From: Schmidtea polychroa
Lineage: Eukaryota
DNA: 64,000 bases
Direction: 5' to 3'
NCBI GenBank assembly: GCA_044892525.1
Contig: CM097888.1
Coordinates: forward strand, 84,568,001 to 84,632,000
The notes under the pieces were generated by a model. That model was not told where the DNA came from, ran no database searches, and worked only from the letters and a program-made list of their open reading frames with translations. Shown here piece after piece: positions 24,971 through 36,493 of the stretch. The position numbers and the translations under genes are program-made. Each line of letters opens with the position of its first letter. Positions within the stretch are counted from its first letter, which is position 1.

Positions 24971-26860
24971 GATAAGTCCAGTATCAGATGCGGAGTTCGA
25001 GGCAGGTTACAAGAGACAAACCGGGTGGAAGATTTCGTTAGGGTGTCTACGTAACCGGGCCTTAGGAGATGGATCGGACCCTGGGGAAGATCAAAGGAGA
25101 ATGGAGGCTTACGAAGATAACTATGAGGAAGTGATAAACGAATTGGAGGAGCTGAGGAATAATGCTCGGGAGTTAGGGCGGGAGAAAGAAGAAAAGGAAA
25201 TTGAGGCAGATCTGAAACGGTTAGAAGCGGATTTCAGCAGAATCGGTGATCTGGTCCTCACGCAGAAGGAAGAGAGTTTTAGAGTGGAGTCGCGGAAGGG
25301 CACAGAAAAATCATTTAGGAGCGAAGAGCCCAATGAGAAACAGAAGTGCATAATGGGTTTGAAACCCTTGCAGCTGCCGATCTTTAATGGAAAGGTAATA
25401 GAATATCCTGGATGGAGGGCAATTGTGAGAGCCTGCATCGAGGACACGGATGAGCCGAGTACTTGTACCTGAGACAGTACTTGGAAGGGAAGCCGCTGCA
25501 ATTAATTGCCTATATTGGATATGGCTCGCAGGCTTTCGAGGCGGCGATAAAATTACTTGATGAAAGGAAAGGGGGGACCAGAAAGATCCTATTACATGAT
25601 TCTGGATGCGGTGCAGAGGTTCTTTCCAGTGCGGCTGAACGTACTGGAGGACCTAGAGCGGTTTGAAGAGCTGCTGGGAAACCTCATCCTGAATTTCAAG
25701 GATCAGAAGAGGGAAGGCGAGTTGAACAACGGAATGTTGTATCACCAACTGCTGAAGAAGCTTCCAGAGACCATGCTGATTCAGTGGTCACGCCATTGTG
25801 ATTCGGGGAGAGAGGGAAATGTGCAAACGCTAGCCGAGTGGATCAAAACGGAAGCTAATAGGCATCGGCAAGCAATGAGCATTCTGTTTGGAGAAGGGCG
25901 GGCAAAAGGTAGAACTGTCGCCCCAACAACTAACTTCGGAAATGCGAATAGGGGCACGAAGTTTACGGATAGTAGGCGCAAGATAGAGGTTAGCAGTGCT
26001 CGAAAAAAGGAACCAATTTGTGTGAAATGTGGTTCAGAACATTATTTAAATCAATGCTCAGAGTTCCTAAAGCTGACTGTTAAGGAACGAAATGAGTTTG
26101 TGACCAAGAAGCGGCTTTGTTACAATTGTCTTACAACAGCTCACATGGTTAGAGAATGCGAAAAACCGAGCTTTTGTAAGGACAGAGATTGTACTCGAAA
26201 GCATCACAATTTGCTCCATGGCTCAGAGAACAAAGTTGATGGAGATCAAGAGCCGAGCAATGAGAACACATCAATGATGACGGTTCAAGATACACAGAGG
26301 AAGAAGATGTATGTTCCTTTACGAACGATTACAGCAAAGTTGATTAATAAAGGAAAGGAGATCAAGATCAACGCCTTGCTAGACGACGCAAGCAATGTTA
26401 GCTATATTAGCGATTGGGCGGCGCAAGAACTGGAGTTGGGAGGACAGTGGCAAAGCACTCCAGTTGGCGTGATTGGTGGACAATCACAAATGTTGGAAAC
26501 GAAGCCAGTAACGGTATTATTGGCAAGTAACAATAACAATTTAAAGGTAAATTTGAACGTCCTGGTGGTAAAAAAGATCACTGGAGACCTGGGAATGTGT
26601 AACTGGAGGAAGTTATCGACGAAATGGAAGCATCTGCGATATATAAACTTCCCGGTTATGAATACAAGGACGCAGATTGATGTATTGATTGGTTCTGATT
26701 ACCCATATCTACATCGATCTATTCGCGAAGTAACAGGAGCAAAGCATGAACCAATTGCAAGGTTGACGCCCCTCGGATGGACATGTCTTGGTAGGATTGC
26801 AAGGAATCAAGCTCCAAGATGTTCGCATTTGGCTCAGAGTTATTTTGCGGTAACGGAAAT
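24971..26860 (+). pseudogene. BEL/Pao Gag-protease, two frameshifts at about 25460 and 25575
   Basis: [87 protein letters not shown] and RLTPLGW. Confidence 0.9.
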
Positions 26861-27580
26861 GTTAAACGTCGGAGAAATGATTATTCATGATGTAGATAAT
26901 TCTGAAGAAATGGATTATATTAAAGAATGGGATGAAAATGATGAAACACATGAAAACAAAAATGCTAGCGAAGATGGAGATAGTGAAAGCAATGAATGTG
27001 ATAATTTACAATCTACCGATATTATAAATCAAGATGAAATAGAGCAAAATCGAGTCAATGAGAACGAGAATCAGTATTCTGAATTTGTAAAAAATAATAC
27101 TGAACTATTAGACAACGATTTTGATAAAGGAGACCAAGTTACAGCAGATGAATTAGAAAATATTGTCAAAAGTCACAATCAAGAAGAAAATTTTGAAAGT
27201 AAATATGATGAAACTGAAGTAGATGTGTCAGAAAAGAATGAAAATTATAATAGTCATGTAGGCACAGAGGTTGTCGACATTAATGTTATCGAAAGACCGA
27301 ATTCTTTGGTAGAAGATAATTTTCAAAACATGGAAGACGTAGTTAATGTTCAAACGGATTCTGCTTCTTCAGAAAATCATTTAGAAACTGATCGAATTAT
27401 GCCAGATTCTGAGAGCAATGACAGTGATCTGAGAGTCGATATTGGTAAAGATCATACGTCCGACACAGCTAAAGATTCTGAACAAAATACATTCACTCAA
27501 CCAACGTCTGCTTTAGATGATATCATTGCAGACTATTTACCTGGTTCCCCTTCATTAAATGAAATGCAACAGGGAAAAGT
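26860..27580 (+). other. Acidic, AT-rich in-frame ORF segment replacing RT/RNase H/integrase
   Basis: About 240 D/E/N/S-rich codons in frame with Gag-PR and a compositional shift. It is followed by a short integrase-tail-like remnant (QDGCVR...KFPLK). Confidence 0.7.
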
Positions 27581-28141
27581 GGGGACTATTGAATTGGCGA
27601 AAAATGAAGGAAGAAGAATGGAGATATTGCACCTAAGCAGAATGAAAAGTGGCAGGGGCTTGGTCGAGTATGGCGATGGTGGGGGGAGAATCCACCATGA
27701 TGTATCCAGAAAGGTGCGTGGTGCGGCGGCCTATACCATAGCAAGATGGGTGTGTGAGGGATATTGGAGAGATGCGAACAGAAAGTTTCCCCTGAAGTAA
27801 TTGGGTGGTTGATCCGCTAGAAGGGATCAAGGAGGGGGGAAATGTTTCGACCAGTCAGAGGGGGATTGCCTCTGACTGGCATTTATTTGGCTTTTGTCTA
27901 TCGCGTCTGTGTGCGCGGTCTGGTTAGACCGAATATTGTTTGTGTGCGCACACAGACGCGAGCAATGGATTGAATTGGTGGTGCGGTAAATTGTTAATTT
28001 TTATTGATTTTTTTATGTATTGTTGGTAGAAATTCGAGAATTGGTTTTTGTTTTAAAAAAGGGAAATTCGAGAAGTTTTGTTTCGTTTGGTTTCAAGAAA
28101 ATTTGGTGGTTTTTTAAAAATTTGAATCGTTTAAAAATTGG

Positions 28142-28734
28142 ATGAAGTTCCTTGTTAAAATGGCGTTTATTTCATGGATGAAATATCATTTTAGTGATGA
28201 TTCTGATAGCAAAATTGAGAATTGTGCCAATCTTGAAGATTTTGAGATGTTTTTAAGAAAGATTCCATCAAATATTAATTACCCTTGTGTATTGTCAAAT
28301 AATTGGACAGCAAATTGTGAGTTTGCGCTCCTCGTGGTCAAATGTAATCTTCTACAATCTTCTGTAGAAATGCTTTCTAATACAAAATTGTTTTGGAATT
28401 TATTAGACGATAATAAAATTCAATATATTGCCTTATCTGTGGTTGATGTTGACGGATCTATGATTTACAAGTTACGCAATATTGCGAGTCTCAATCAATC
28501 AGGAGTTCAATTAGCAAAGGAAACGAGATATTTATGCATTGTGGCTACAGGAAGAATTTCTTTTACTATAACGAGCGATGTGATAAAATCAAACTTAGAC
28601 TTTATGAAATCGGATCATGACTTAAGTGATGAGGTTTATGTAAATTATGATTTCGAACAGATCATTCAATGCTGTGAAATTTTGTTGCCACATAGAGCCG
28701 ACTCCATCGAGTCTATTTCGAATAAAATTGTTAT
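28142..28734 (+). CDS. Unidentified intronless ORF starting at the LTR-internal ATG, open into the gap
   Basis: About 190 stop-free codons in AT-rich DNA. The first 8 codons (MKFLVKMA) are LTR-derived. No family was recognised. Confidence 0.45.
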
Positions 28735-29049
28735 NNNNNNNNNNNNNNNNNNNNNNNNNNNNNNNNNNNNNNNNNNNNNNNNNNNNNNNNNNNNNNNNNN
28801 NNNNNNNNNNNNNNNNNNNNNNNNNNNNNNNNNNNNNNNNNNNNNNNNNNNNNNNNNNNNNNNNNNNNNNNNNNNNNNNNNNNNNNNNNNNNNNNNNNNN
28901 NNNNNNNNNNNNNNNNNNNNNNNNNNNNNNNNNNNNNNNNNNNNNNNNNNNNNNNNNNNNNNNNNNNNNNNNNNNNNNNNNNNNNNNNNNNNNNNNNNNN
29001 NNNNNNNNNNNNNNNNNNNNNNNNNNNNNNNNNNNNNNNNNNNNNNNNN
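28735..29049. other. Assembly gap
   Basis: N run. Confidence 1.
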
Positions 29050-30600
29050 ATAATACCCTTGCGACATGTTGAATATGACCAGTACCTTTGTGAACAATAC
29101 CCATAGGGGGACAAAATATTTTGTCGGATAGACTAGGATATATATAATAATAATCCCTGTGTTTCAAAGACCTTTATTTTCAAATAATAATAATATCTCT
29201 TGTCGGGAACTCTCAAATTTCACATTAAAAAAAAATGAACTTTACATTAAAAAATTTGACCTTGAAAAAATTTTTAAAAATTTCCCCTAGAGTGGGGGTG
29301 GGGGTGGGGGTATGTGGTCCAGCAGAGTCCTGGTCTAGCGGTGCCCTATCCATCTACTCCTATGGGTACTGCTCACACTCAACAGGTTGCAAGGGTACTA
29401 GTCATGCTTATTATTATTGTTATACAATACGATGTTACTTAGACATTTGAAGGTTCAACCATGGTTAAAATTTCTACATTTTGAAAACGCTATTTGATTG
29501 GCTACCTCAATTTTTATAAATGTAAAAACAAAAGTAATTTAGTTATTAAGAAATTTATTTATTACTGATTATTTCTACAAGTAAAATTGTTGAATATGAA
29601 TGTCTATATATATATATATATATATATGTGTCAATTTATATATGTCATTTATAGCCAGGAAATCCTACTAGAAATAAGGAAAAATTAAGTCCAACCTACT
29701 CCGAAGATAAGCGTTCATTGAAATTTTTTAACAACACAGTGGAAGATTTCATAAATAATCATGATACTTACACTGATAAGGAAATCAAAAATATTTTAAT
29801 TGTTACAGACATCCTTCCATTGAAATAATTTAGTATCTAAATTCATGTAGTAAGAGCCCACTAAAAGATCAAAATTCACTAAAATCAATATTTTCTACAA
29901 ATACTTCACCACATTTACCATCAAATACCTAACTAGAGATGAAATATTGATCATAATTCTTCATCGACTCAGCCAATTATATAGCAATTATAACGTGGAT
30001 TATCTTTCAAAATCACGAATGTCAGTATATTTTACAATAATTTTCAAGTAGATTTCAAATATATCATCATGATAAAATTAGCTGGTTTCAACTTTAGATT
30101 TTCAATATTTAAAAGTTCATCAATATTTTTAGAAAATATATGAAAAAATTATTTTGTCAAATTCAATATCATTACAAACTCATCATAAAAATTAAATAAT
30201 AATCACTTGATTATTGTAAAAACTCTAATTATTAACCTAACTGTCATTAAAAATAATTTTTATTTAAAATTAAATTTAAAAACAAGTCAATAAAATATAG
30301 CAAATTATCAAGAAATTAATTAAAATTGTCTTAGAATTAACACTAAAACCTTAAATTTTTAAATATTCTTTCAATTACTCACAAAAGGGTTAGTAATAAT
30401 GTTAGTAAAATCCCGCTAACTCTAAAAATTTACCAATAAATTTAATGCTAATTAATAAAATAAAATTTGCCTAAATAAAATCATTAAAACACACCAGTAC
30501 CTTTACGACCAGTACCCTTACGAGAAGTACCAATTGTGAACAGTACCAATAGAGGGAGAAAATATCTTGTCGGATAAACTCAGAATATATATAATAAAAC
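29050..30600. repeat. Dispersed repeat family (CAGTACCTTTGTGAG-like 15-mers plus palindrome), possibly Helitron/Helentron-like ends
   Basis: Copies at 29050-29150, 29358-29405 (inverted) and 30495-30600, with further copies at 37478-37560 and 38137-38240. Perfect palindrome GACAAAATATTTTGTC in the first copy. Confidence 0.6.
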
Positions 30601-30720
30601 GAATTGACAATAACTCCATCAAATTGAATCAGTCAAATTAACACAAATTTTGATAAAAAATCTTATTCTAAAATGGTAAGAAGCGTAAAGTCGAAAGATA
30701 ATTTTAATAACATCGAGATA
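29860..30720 (+). repeat. AT-rich dispersed repeat, homologous to 39340-40830
   Basis: Shared runs such as AAATACCTAACTAGAGATGA and ACAATAATTTTCAAGTAGATTTCAAATAT. Confidence 0.8.
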
Positions 30721-31337
30721 AATTAACAATATTATTCTCAGGTGGTGAGAATCTTCATTAAAGTGAGGAAATTATTTATTATTCTGTGATAAATTAATAA
30801 TAAAATTCAAAAGGGTTGAAATAAGTGTTAAAATTATTCATTATTGGATTATGGAAGGTCAATGAAAATATACTGAGAAGTGTCATGGATATATATTAAT
30901 ATTATTTAAAATTATTTCATAAAATTCATAAATTTCATAAAAATTCATAAAAATAATCACTTTAATAAAAAATATTTAATACAATTTTAAAAGAAATATT
31001 TGCCGGGAGAATATAAGTGATAATAATTAGTGGGAAATCGAGAATCGGCGGCTATAAGTGATGAGGATATATAAATAAAATTATTTCTATTATATGAGTT
31101 ACTTACGAAATAAAATATTTTAATAATGTGATAAACTTTTATTTAATAAAGTATTTAATCCCCAAATGATTATTTTATTACATAAGAAACCGTGAAGGGT
31201 ATTTGACAGAGTAATTATGATAAATTCATATTTTAAATCATGATTAAGTCCTTTAATATTAGCAATTTATTATTAAATTTACTATTTTACACTAAATATT
31301 TCATTTTCAGAAACAAATATTCTAAAAGATAATTTAA

Positions 31338-31555
31338 CCCTGCAGAGCGCGCGCTAAAAACTCTACCGCCAAACAATTTGATTAATATGTATTCATAATT
31401 GAAATATAAATATGTATTGTGAAATATTAGTCACAGCACTTGTTATATTTATAGAATCTATAAAATGATCCTAAGTGTTTATTTAATAATATTGTGTTTT
31501 TTTACGCAAAAAAAGATCGTCTGGGTCTGTGAGACCCAACGCGCCCTCTGGAGGG
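31338..31555. mobile_element. piggyBac-type MITE, 218 bp
   Basis: TTAA on both sides. 15-bp TIR CCCTGCAGAGCGCGC / CCCTCCAGAGGGCGC and a subterminal GGGTCTGTGAGACCC palindrome. Confidence 0.85.
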
Positions 31556-31755
31556 TTAAGATACATTATTCTTTTCAATGAAAATGAGCACTCAAAGTTA
31601 AAAGGGACACACGAAAACTTACTCAAATATAACCGAAAGACATAAAACAACAAAACTAAATTCGATTAAATACTTTATAGCAATTGTTAGTTCTTATAAT
31701 TTCTTATAATTTCATTTCAGATTGGCTATCACTATACATACTAATAATATCTGAA

Positions 31756-32769
31756 TTAGCCATCTACTTTACGAAACTGTAATGTCAAATGAGTTTTCGA
31801 ATCTTTCGGAAAGTTTATAAGTTTTCCACTATCATCACGAATATTTATTTCTATATTGTTTATACATGAGATTGAAATTGGTAAATACATGGGATTATCT
31901 ATATTTATATTGACAACTTCGTCGTGTTCATATCTTCCAATCCACACCGATTTCAAAAGAGGAACACTGGAATCACCAACAATTATGGGTTCGATAATGT
32001 TAGTATATATGAACATTTGTTGATGATGTTCTAGTATTCTTGGTTTGCGTATACCAGTCGATTTTTCTCGATATTTTTGCTTATCTAATCCAAGTGAATT
32101 TGCCAAATTTTTATCAAATGTAACTTCGCAAATATCCTCATTCAAACTGAAGATAAACTTCAAATCTTTCACAATTTCCAAATTTTTAAATATGTGTGAA
32201 CAATTGTACTTTAAATATTTAAGTAATACATCAAGTTTATCAATATATAATTCGTCAGCAAAGGTGAATGATTCTTCAACTTCATTATTATATGACATTG
32301 ATATTTTGATTTCTTCTTTCATTACACTGTTGGCTTCAAATAGATCAAAACGTAATAAGTATTCTGTTTCCATAACATCATTTTTCAGCTTATTGCAACC
32401 CATTCGTTTGGCATCTTCAATAGTTTCGAATGTTTTGTAAATGGTTTAAAATCACAACTGATATTTAATCCATCCTTGTAAAACATATAGCATTGCGGAT
32501 CTAATATTTGATTCGGAATATGATATGTTTTATGGTAATTACTGATAACAAAGATACCACTACATGTTTTCAGAACATTCCTTTGGAAATCAATCTTACA
32601 TTGACTATAAAATGGGAATGTGTTGTACACGAATGTAAAATCTTGCAATGCAACTTCCCAGTCACCAATTAATGAAATCGGATTCTGGATTGACCATGAA
32701 TTAGCTGGCTTGATTATCTGGATGAATTAATGGGCAGCTGTTGCTTGGTAAAATAGTATAAAAATTCAC
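31756..32769 (-). pseudogene. Polinton minor capsid (penton, PX-like) gene
   Basis: N-terminus FYTILPSNS...GDWEVALQDF. C-terminus IYTNIIEPIIVGDSSVPLL...YLPI...IEINIRDDSG...TLQFRK. Contains stops and frameshifts. Confidence 0.8.
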
Positions 32770-33824
32770 TTCCTAGGTCCTTTTCTGATATCCATGATGG
32801 GTTTTGATATCCATGCCACTTGACATAGTATTGTTTATCCGTGCTGACCATTTTAGTTTTCAATATCTTTTGAATTCTAAATACTTTTGGAGGAGGAATA
32901 ACTTGTAATTCTTGCTCATAAAATTTTCCATGTATAATATTATTATCATTGTCTTTGATGACATACATTACAGGACTCTGGCATATATTTATTTTTGAAA
33001 TTACAAAGACTTCATCACTCCAATTTGTATCGAAATTTTTAATAAATGGTGATGCACTAATTTTACTAATTCTAACGTGGTCACCTACTTTATATTTAGG
33101 TTTAGTAATTTTTACAGGTCTTGTAGAACTCACTGATTTTTTTGAAATGATATCAACCGGTCTTAATCCATTAAGTCCTCGATGTGATGAATGATTATAA
33201 CTGGTTATTATTTTTGGTAAAACCAATACCCATTTTTTATTACCTTGATGCACAAATAATTTCTTTAATCTATCTCTCAATGTTCAGTTAAATCTTTCAA
33301 CGTGGGCAGCTTTGTATTGAGAATGTACCGAGTAATGGTTTATTTCCAATTTATTGAGGATTTGCTTGACTTTACTGTTGTAGAATTCTTTACCTATAAT
33401 AATATTAATATAAATAGTAATAATAATAATAATACTTAAATCCGTTTGCAAGTTATTAGGATATCCTTTTTTAAATAAATTATTAACAGCTTTGGACATT
33501 TCATCTGTAGATTTTGCCTTGACTGGTATTGCTCAGGCAAACCGACTGAATACATCAATACACGTTAAAATATATTTATACCCATTGTTAATTTTTGAAT
33601 ACGGTATCATCTCTATCAAATCCATTTGCCCATAAATCCTTTATTCCATATGTTTTATATGTTCTTGTTGGGAATCGTTTCTGCATTGGTTTGTTCAAAC
33701 TGTACGCAAGCTGGTCTGATAACCACTTCTGGGTTTCCTTTTTCGAATTCCGAACTCTTTTCTTTAATTTTGCGACTTCACCGAAACCGGCTTCGCCTTC
33801 GGGGTTCGTCCAAATCTTCTTCAT
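32760..33824 (-). pseudogene. Polinton retroviral-like integrase with C-terminal chromodomain; 42-bp GT-AG insert at 33394-33435
   Basis: YKYILTCIDVFSR, QTD-x-GKEF, KAAHVERFN, YNHSSHR, KYKVGDHVRISK, GKFYEQELQ and YYVKWHGY. Confidence 0.9.
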
Positions 33825-33885
33825 TACAACAAGAAGATTTAAAATTAAATTTAATGTCGGGTAATAAAGGATTTGCACCCATTGT

Positions 33886-34380
33886 TTATGCTCGACTTCC
33901 TATTATTCCACCTAATAATGATATTGCTAAAGGTATCAATGCACCAATAAATCTCTCTTGTTGTTTATATATAATTTTCCTCATTTGTTGACGATTTTTA
34001 TTATTTACTCATGATAGCAAAGGTTTCCTATGTTTACTCAATAATTGCTTTTTAGATTTACTGATTTTAGTCTTGCCTTTGACTATTTTAAGTATAATAT
34101 CGAGTAAATGATCGACAACATAATTTGGAAATGATTGCAAAATACTGTTTCTTTTCATACTTGGTGCCTTTAACAATGTATTAAAAAGCGGGAAACTCCG
34201 ATGACTTTTAACAACTTTTACTTTCTTAGTGGTTTTACTTCTAGGTTTAGGTTTAGGATTTTTCGAAATAAGATTCATTGCAGGAAACTTTTCTGTAGTA
34301 AGTTCTTTAGATGGAGTATAAGTAGTTGTTGGTGGAACTTTTGGTTGTTTTTTATTTGATATCCTTGTTTTTGAAAACAT
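33886..34380 (-). pseudogene. Small basic Polinton-associated protein with hydrophobic C-terminal tail; one internal TGA
   Basis: Reads through KPLLS*VNNK...KQQERFIGALIPLAISLLGGIIGSRA. Its position between ATPase and integrase is typical of such elements. Confidence 0.55.
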
Positions 34381-34389
34381 TTTTTAACT

Positions 34390-35018
34390 TTAATTTGAAC
34401 TTTTTTTATAAACCGTGGCACCTTTTGAGTTGAAAATATCTGTTTTTACTCGTAAATCATCAGGACATTGTTGTGTGAAATCAAGAAATATATATCCATG
34501 CGGTATTTTCGTAACATCTTGAAATGCATTGATAAGAAAATTACGATTAGGGTATGCTTGTCGTCCAAGAAAATCAATGACAGTTGCATTTCTAGGATTC
34601 TTGAAAATAACTAAATATTGTACATTTAAATTACGTGTTCGATGTGCACCACCTTGATGAAATAGATTTTGTGTTATGAAAATAACTGTTACACCAACAG
34701 GTCTGCTGATTTTTGTGAATAAATTATTAAAATCCTTTTCTTTATTGGCTTCTTGATACAAATCATCAATAATAATCACATCATCTTTCTTCAAACAACT
34801 TGGCCAGTTTTTATCAAAACCCTTTACTATTTTCATGTTTTTCAACTGACAGAAACTTGATTGCGTCAATCCATATTCTTCGTCGGCGCCCCTATGCCAA
34901 TAAATATTGTTGAATTTTGTTTTGAACAAATTTGATTTTAATAATTTACAAACAAATAATGGTTTCCGCTACCACTCGGACCAACGATTTGGTATACTGC
35001 GTCATTTCGTAATTCCAT
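34390..35018 (-). pseudogene. Polinton packaging ATPase (A32/FtsK-like)
   Basis: Walker A GPSGSG(K) disrupted by a 1-nt frameshift; Walker B VIIIDD; IFITQNLF, YLVIFKNPR and HGYIFLDF. Confidence 0.9.
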
Positions 35019-35064
35019 TTTTTAAATTTAAACTATATAATTATTGTTTATATTGATAATTTAA

Positions 35065-35290
35065 NNNNNNNNNNNNNNNNNNNNNNNNNNNNNNNNNNNN
35101 NNNNNNNNNNNNNNNNNNNNNNNNNNNNNNNNNNNNNNNNNNNNNNNNNNNNNNNNNNNNNNNNNNNNNNNNNNNNNNNNNNNNNNNNNNNNNNNNNNNN
35201 NNNNNNNNNNNNNNNNNNNNNNNNNNNNNNNNNNNNNNNNNNNNNNNNNNNNNNNNNNNNNNNNNNNNNNNNNNNNNNNNNNNNNNNNNN
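35065..35290. other. Assembly gap
   Basis: N run. Confidence 1.
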
Positions 35291-35295
35291 ATTAA

Positions 35296-35730
35296 AATGC
35301 TTTCAAATATAAATTAGAGGGCAAAAGCTGATGTATCAAAAATGGTATTTCCAATGGGAAACCACAACAACTTATCAATAGAAGTAAAAAATATTCAATA
35401 ATATATTTCAAAACTGGTAAATATAGAATTATGGGGTGTAAGGAAATAATCAAAGCTAGTGAATATAATGTTTATGATTTAGAAATACAATCGATAACCG
35501 TATATAGATTTTTCTTGTAATTTAAATAAATTGGCTAAATTAATACCATGCTTTTAAGAACCATAATTATTTCCAGCTTTGAGATATATAAAATATAACT
35601 CTATATGTGTTAATATATTCGCTAGTGCAAAGATAGTAATTCTTGGAATAAAAAATATTGATTACAAATGTATAGTTGATAATATCATATCTGAAATTAA
35701 ATCAATAATTGAAGGAAAAGAATTTTTAGA
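35296..35730 (+). pseudogene. Divergent TATA-binding-protein-like gene (two-repeat TBP fold), decayed
   Basis: Repeat 1: GKPQQL...IIYFKTGKYRIMGCK. Repeat 2: IQSITV/IDFSCNLNKLA...F*EP*LFPALRY...VNIFASAKIVILGIK, compared with TBP YEPELFPGL...LIFVSGKVVLTGAK. Confidence 0.7.
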
Positions 35731-35869
35731 TTTTTTATTATCACTTAATTAATTATTTATCATTGCAAATTCGGTGCAATTGAAATGCATGATTCTGATT
35801 GGTCGAAATCTAATTGGCTGATGATTATTTATGACAAAATGTTTTGGGTTTAGTTATCATTTTTAAACC

Positions 35870-36180
35870 ATGTTTAATATTCAAAGTTCAGCTATAGCAG
35901 CCATGAAAGAACATGAACATTATGGTAAATTTTAATATTAATTGTATTTATCATATTATTATTTACAGATAAAAATTATGCAATAATACTGCAAAGATTG
36001 TATTTTTATTACCCGCAAATGTATGATATTCTCAAAGATCGAGATGTTGCAATAATCCCAGGTTTAATTTACAATGAAACCAGAATCTGGATTTTCGATA
36101 TTATCAATACATTTCTCTGGGAGGTGAAGGTTGGAAGAACACTGAAAGAAGTGGAAGCAGAATACCCTTGCATTTTGTGA
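35870..36180 (+). CDS. Small two-exon hypothetical protein (about 88 aa)
   Basis: ATG at 35870. A 44-bp GT-AG intron (35925-35968) restores frame with ORF 35998-36180. Upstream CTGATTGG box. Confidence 0.55.
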
Positions 36181-36493
36181 TGTAGCTGTTGCAATTTCCG
36201 ATACCACACATATGTCGAATGGTCTTATTTCGTAATTATCATTTTTGTCAAATTTTATCCAAATAAATTTTTATGTTTAACTATTTTTTGTTTTGTCTTT
36301 TTTAGTAAATAGAAATAATATTAATAATAATAATAATTTTAATAATATATAACATCTGACAATGTAATATCAATGCAATATCAATACAATTTGAATGCAA
36401 TTAAAACAAAGACATGCTGCAATCTGATTGGATGATAAACAATAGTCATAGGTATAAAAACCCTGTACCATTTCATTTTAATCATAATTCGCG

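Larger units (their letters stand above)
23459..28734 (+). mobile_element. Non-autonomous BEL/Pao LTR retrotransposon derivative carrying host-derived sequence; right end runs into a gap
   Basis: About 320-bp direct repeats at 23459-23781 and 27843-28163 start with TGTTTCGA. PPT AGGAGGGGGGAAA precedes 27843. BEL gag, three CCHC-type knuckles and protease are present. Confidence 0.9.

Noticed and set aside
28622-29167. Track ORFs containing long X runs, also 37427-37855
   Set aside because: Artefacts of N gaps.
30495-30560. Short regularly spaced repeats (CAGTACC units, 87-bp units at 19393) as CRISPR arrays
   Set aside because: Eukaryotic context, no unique spacers and no cas genes.
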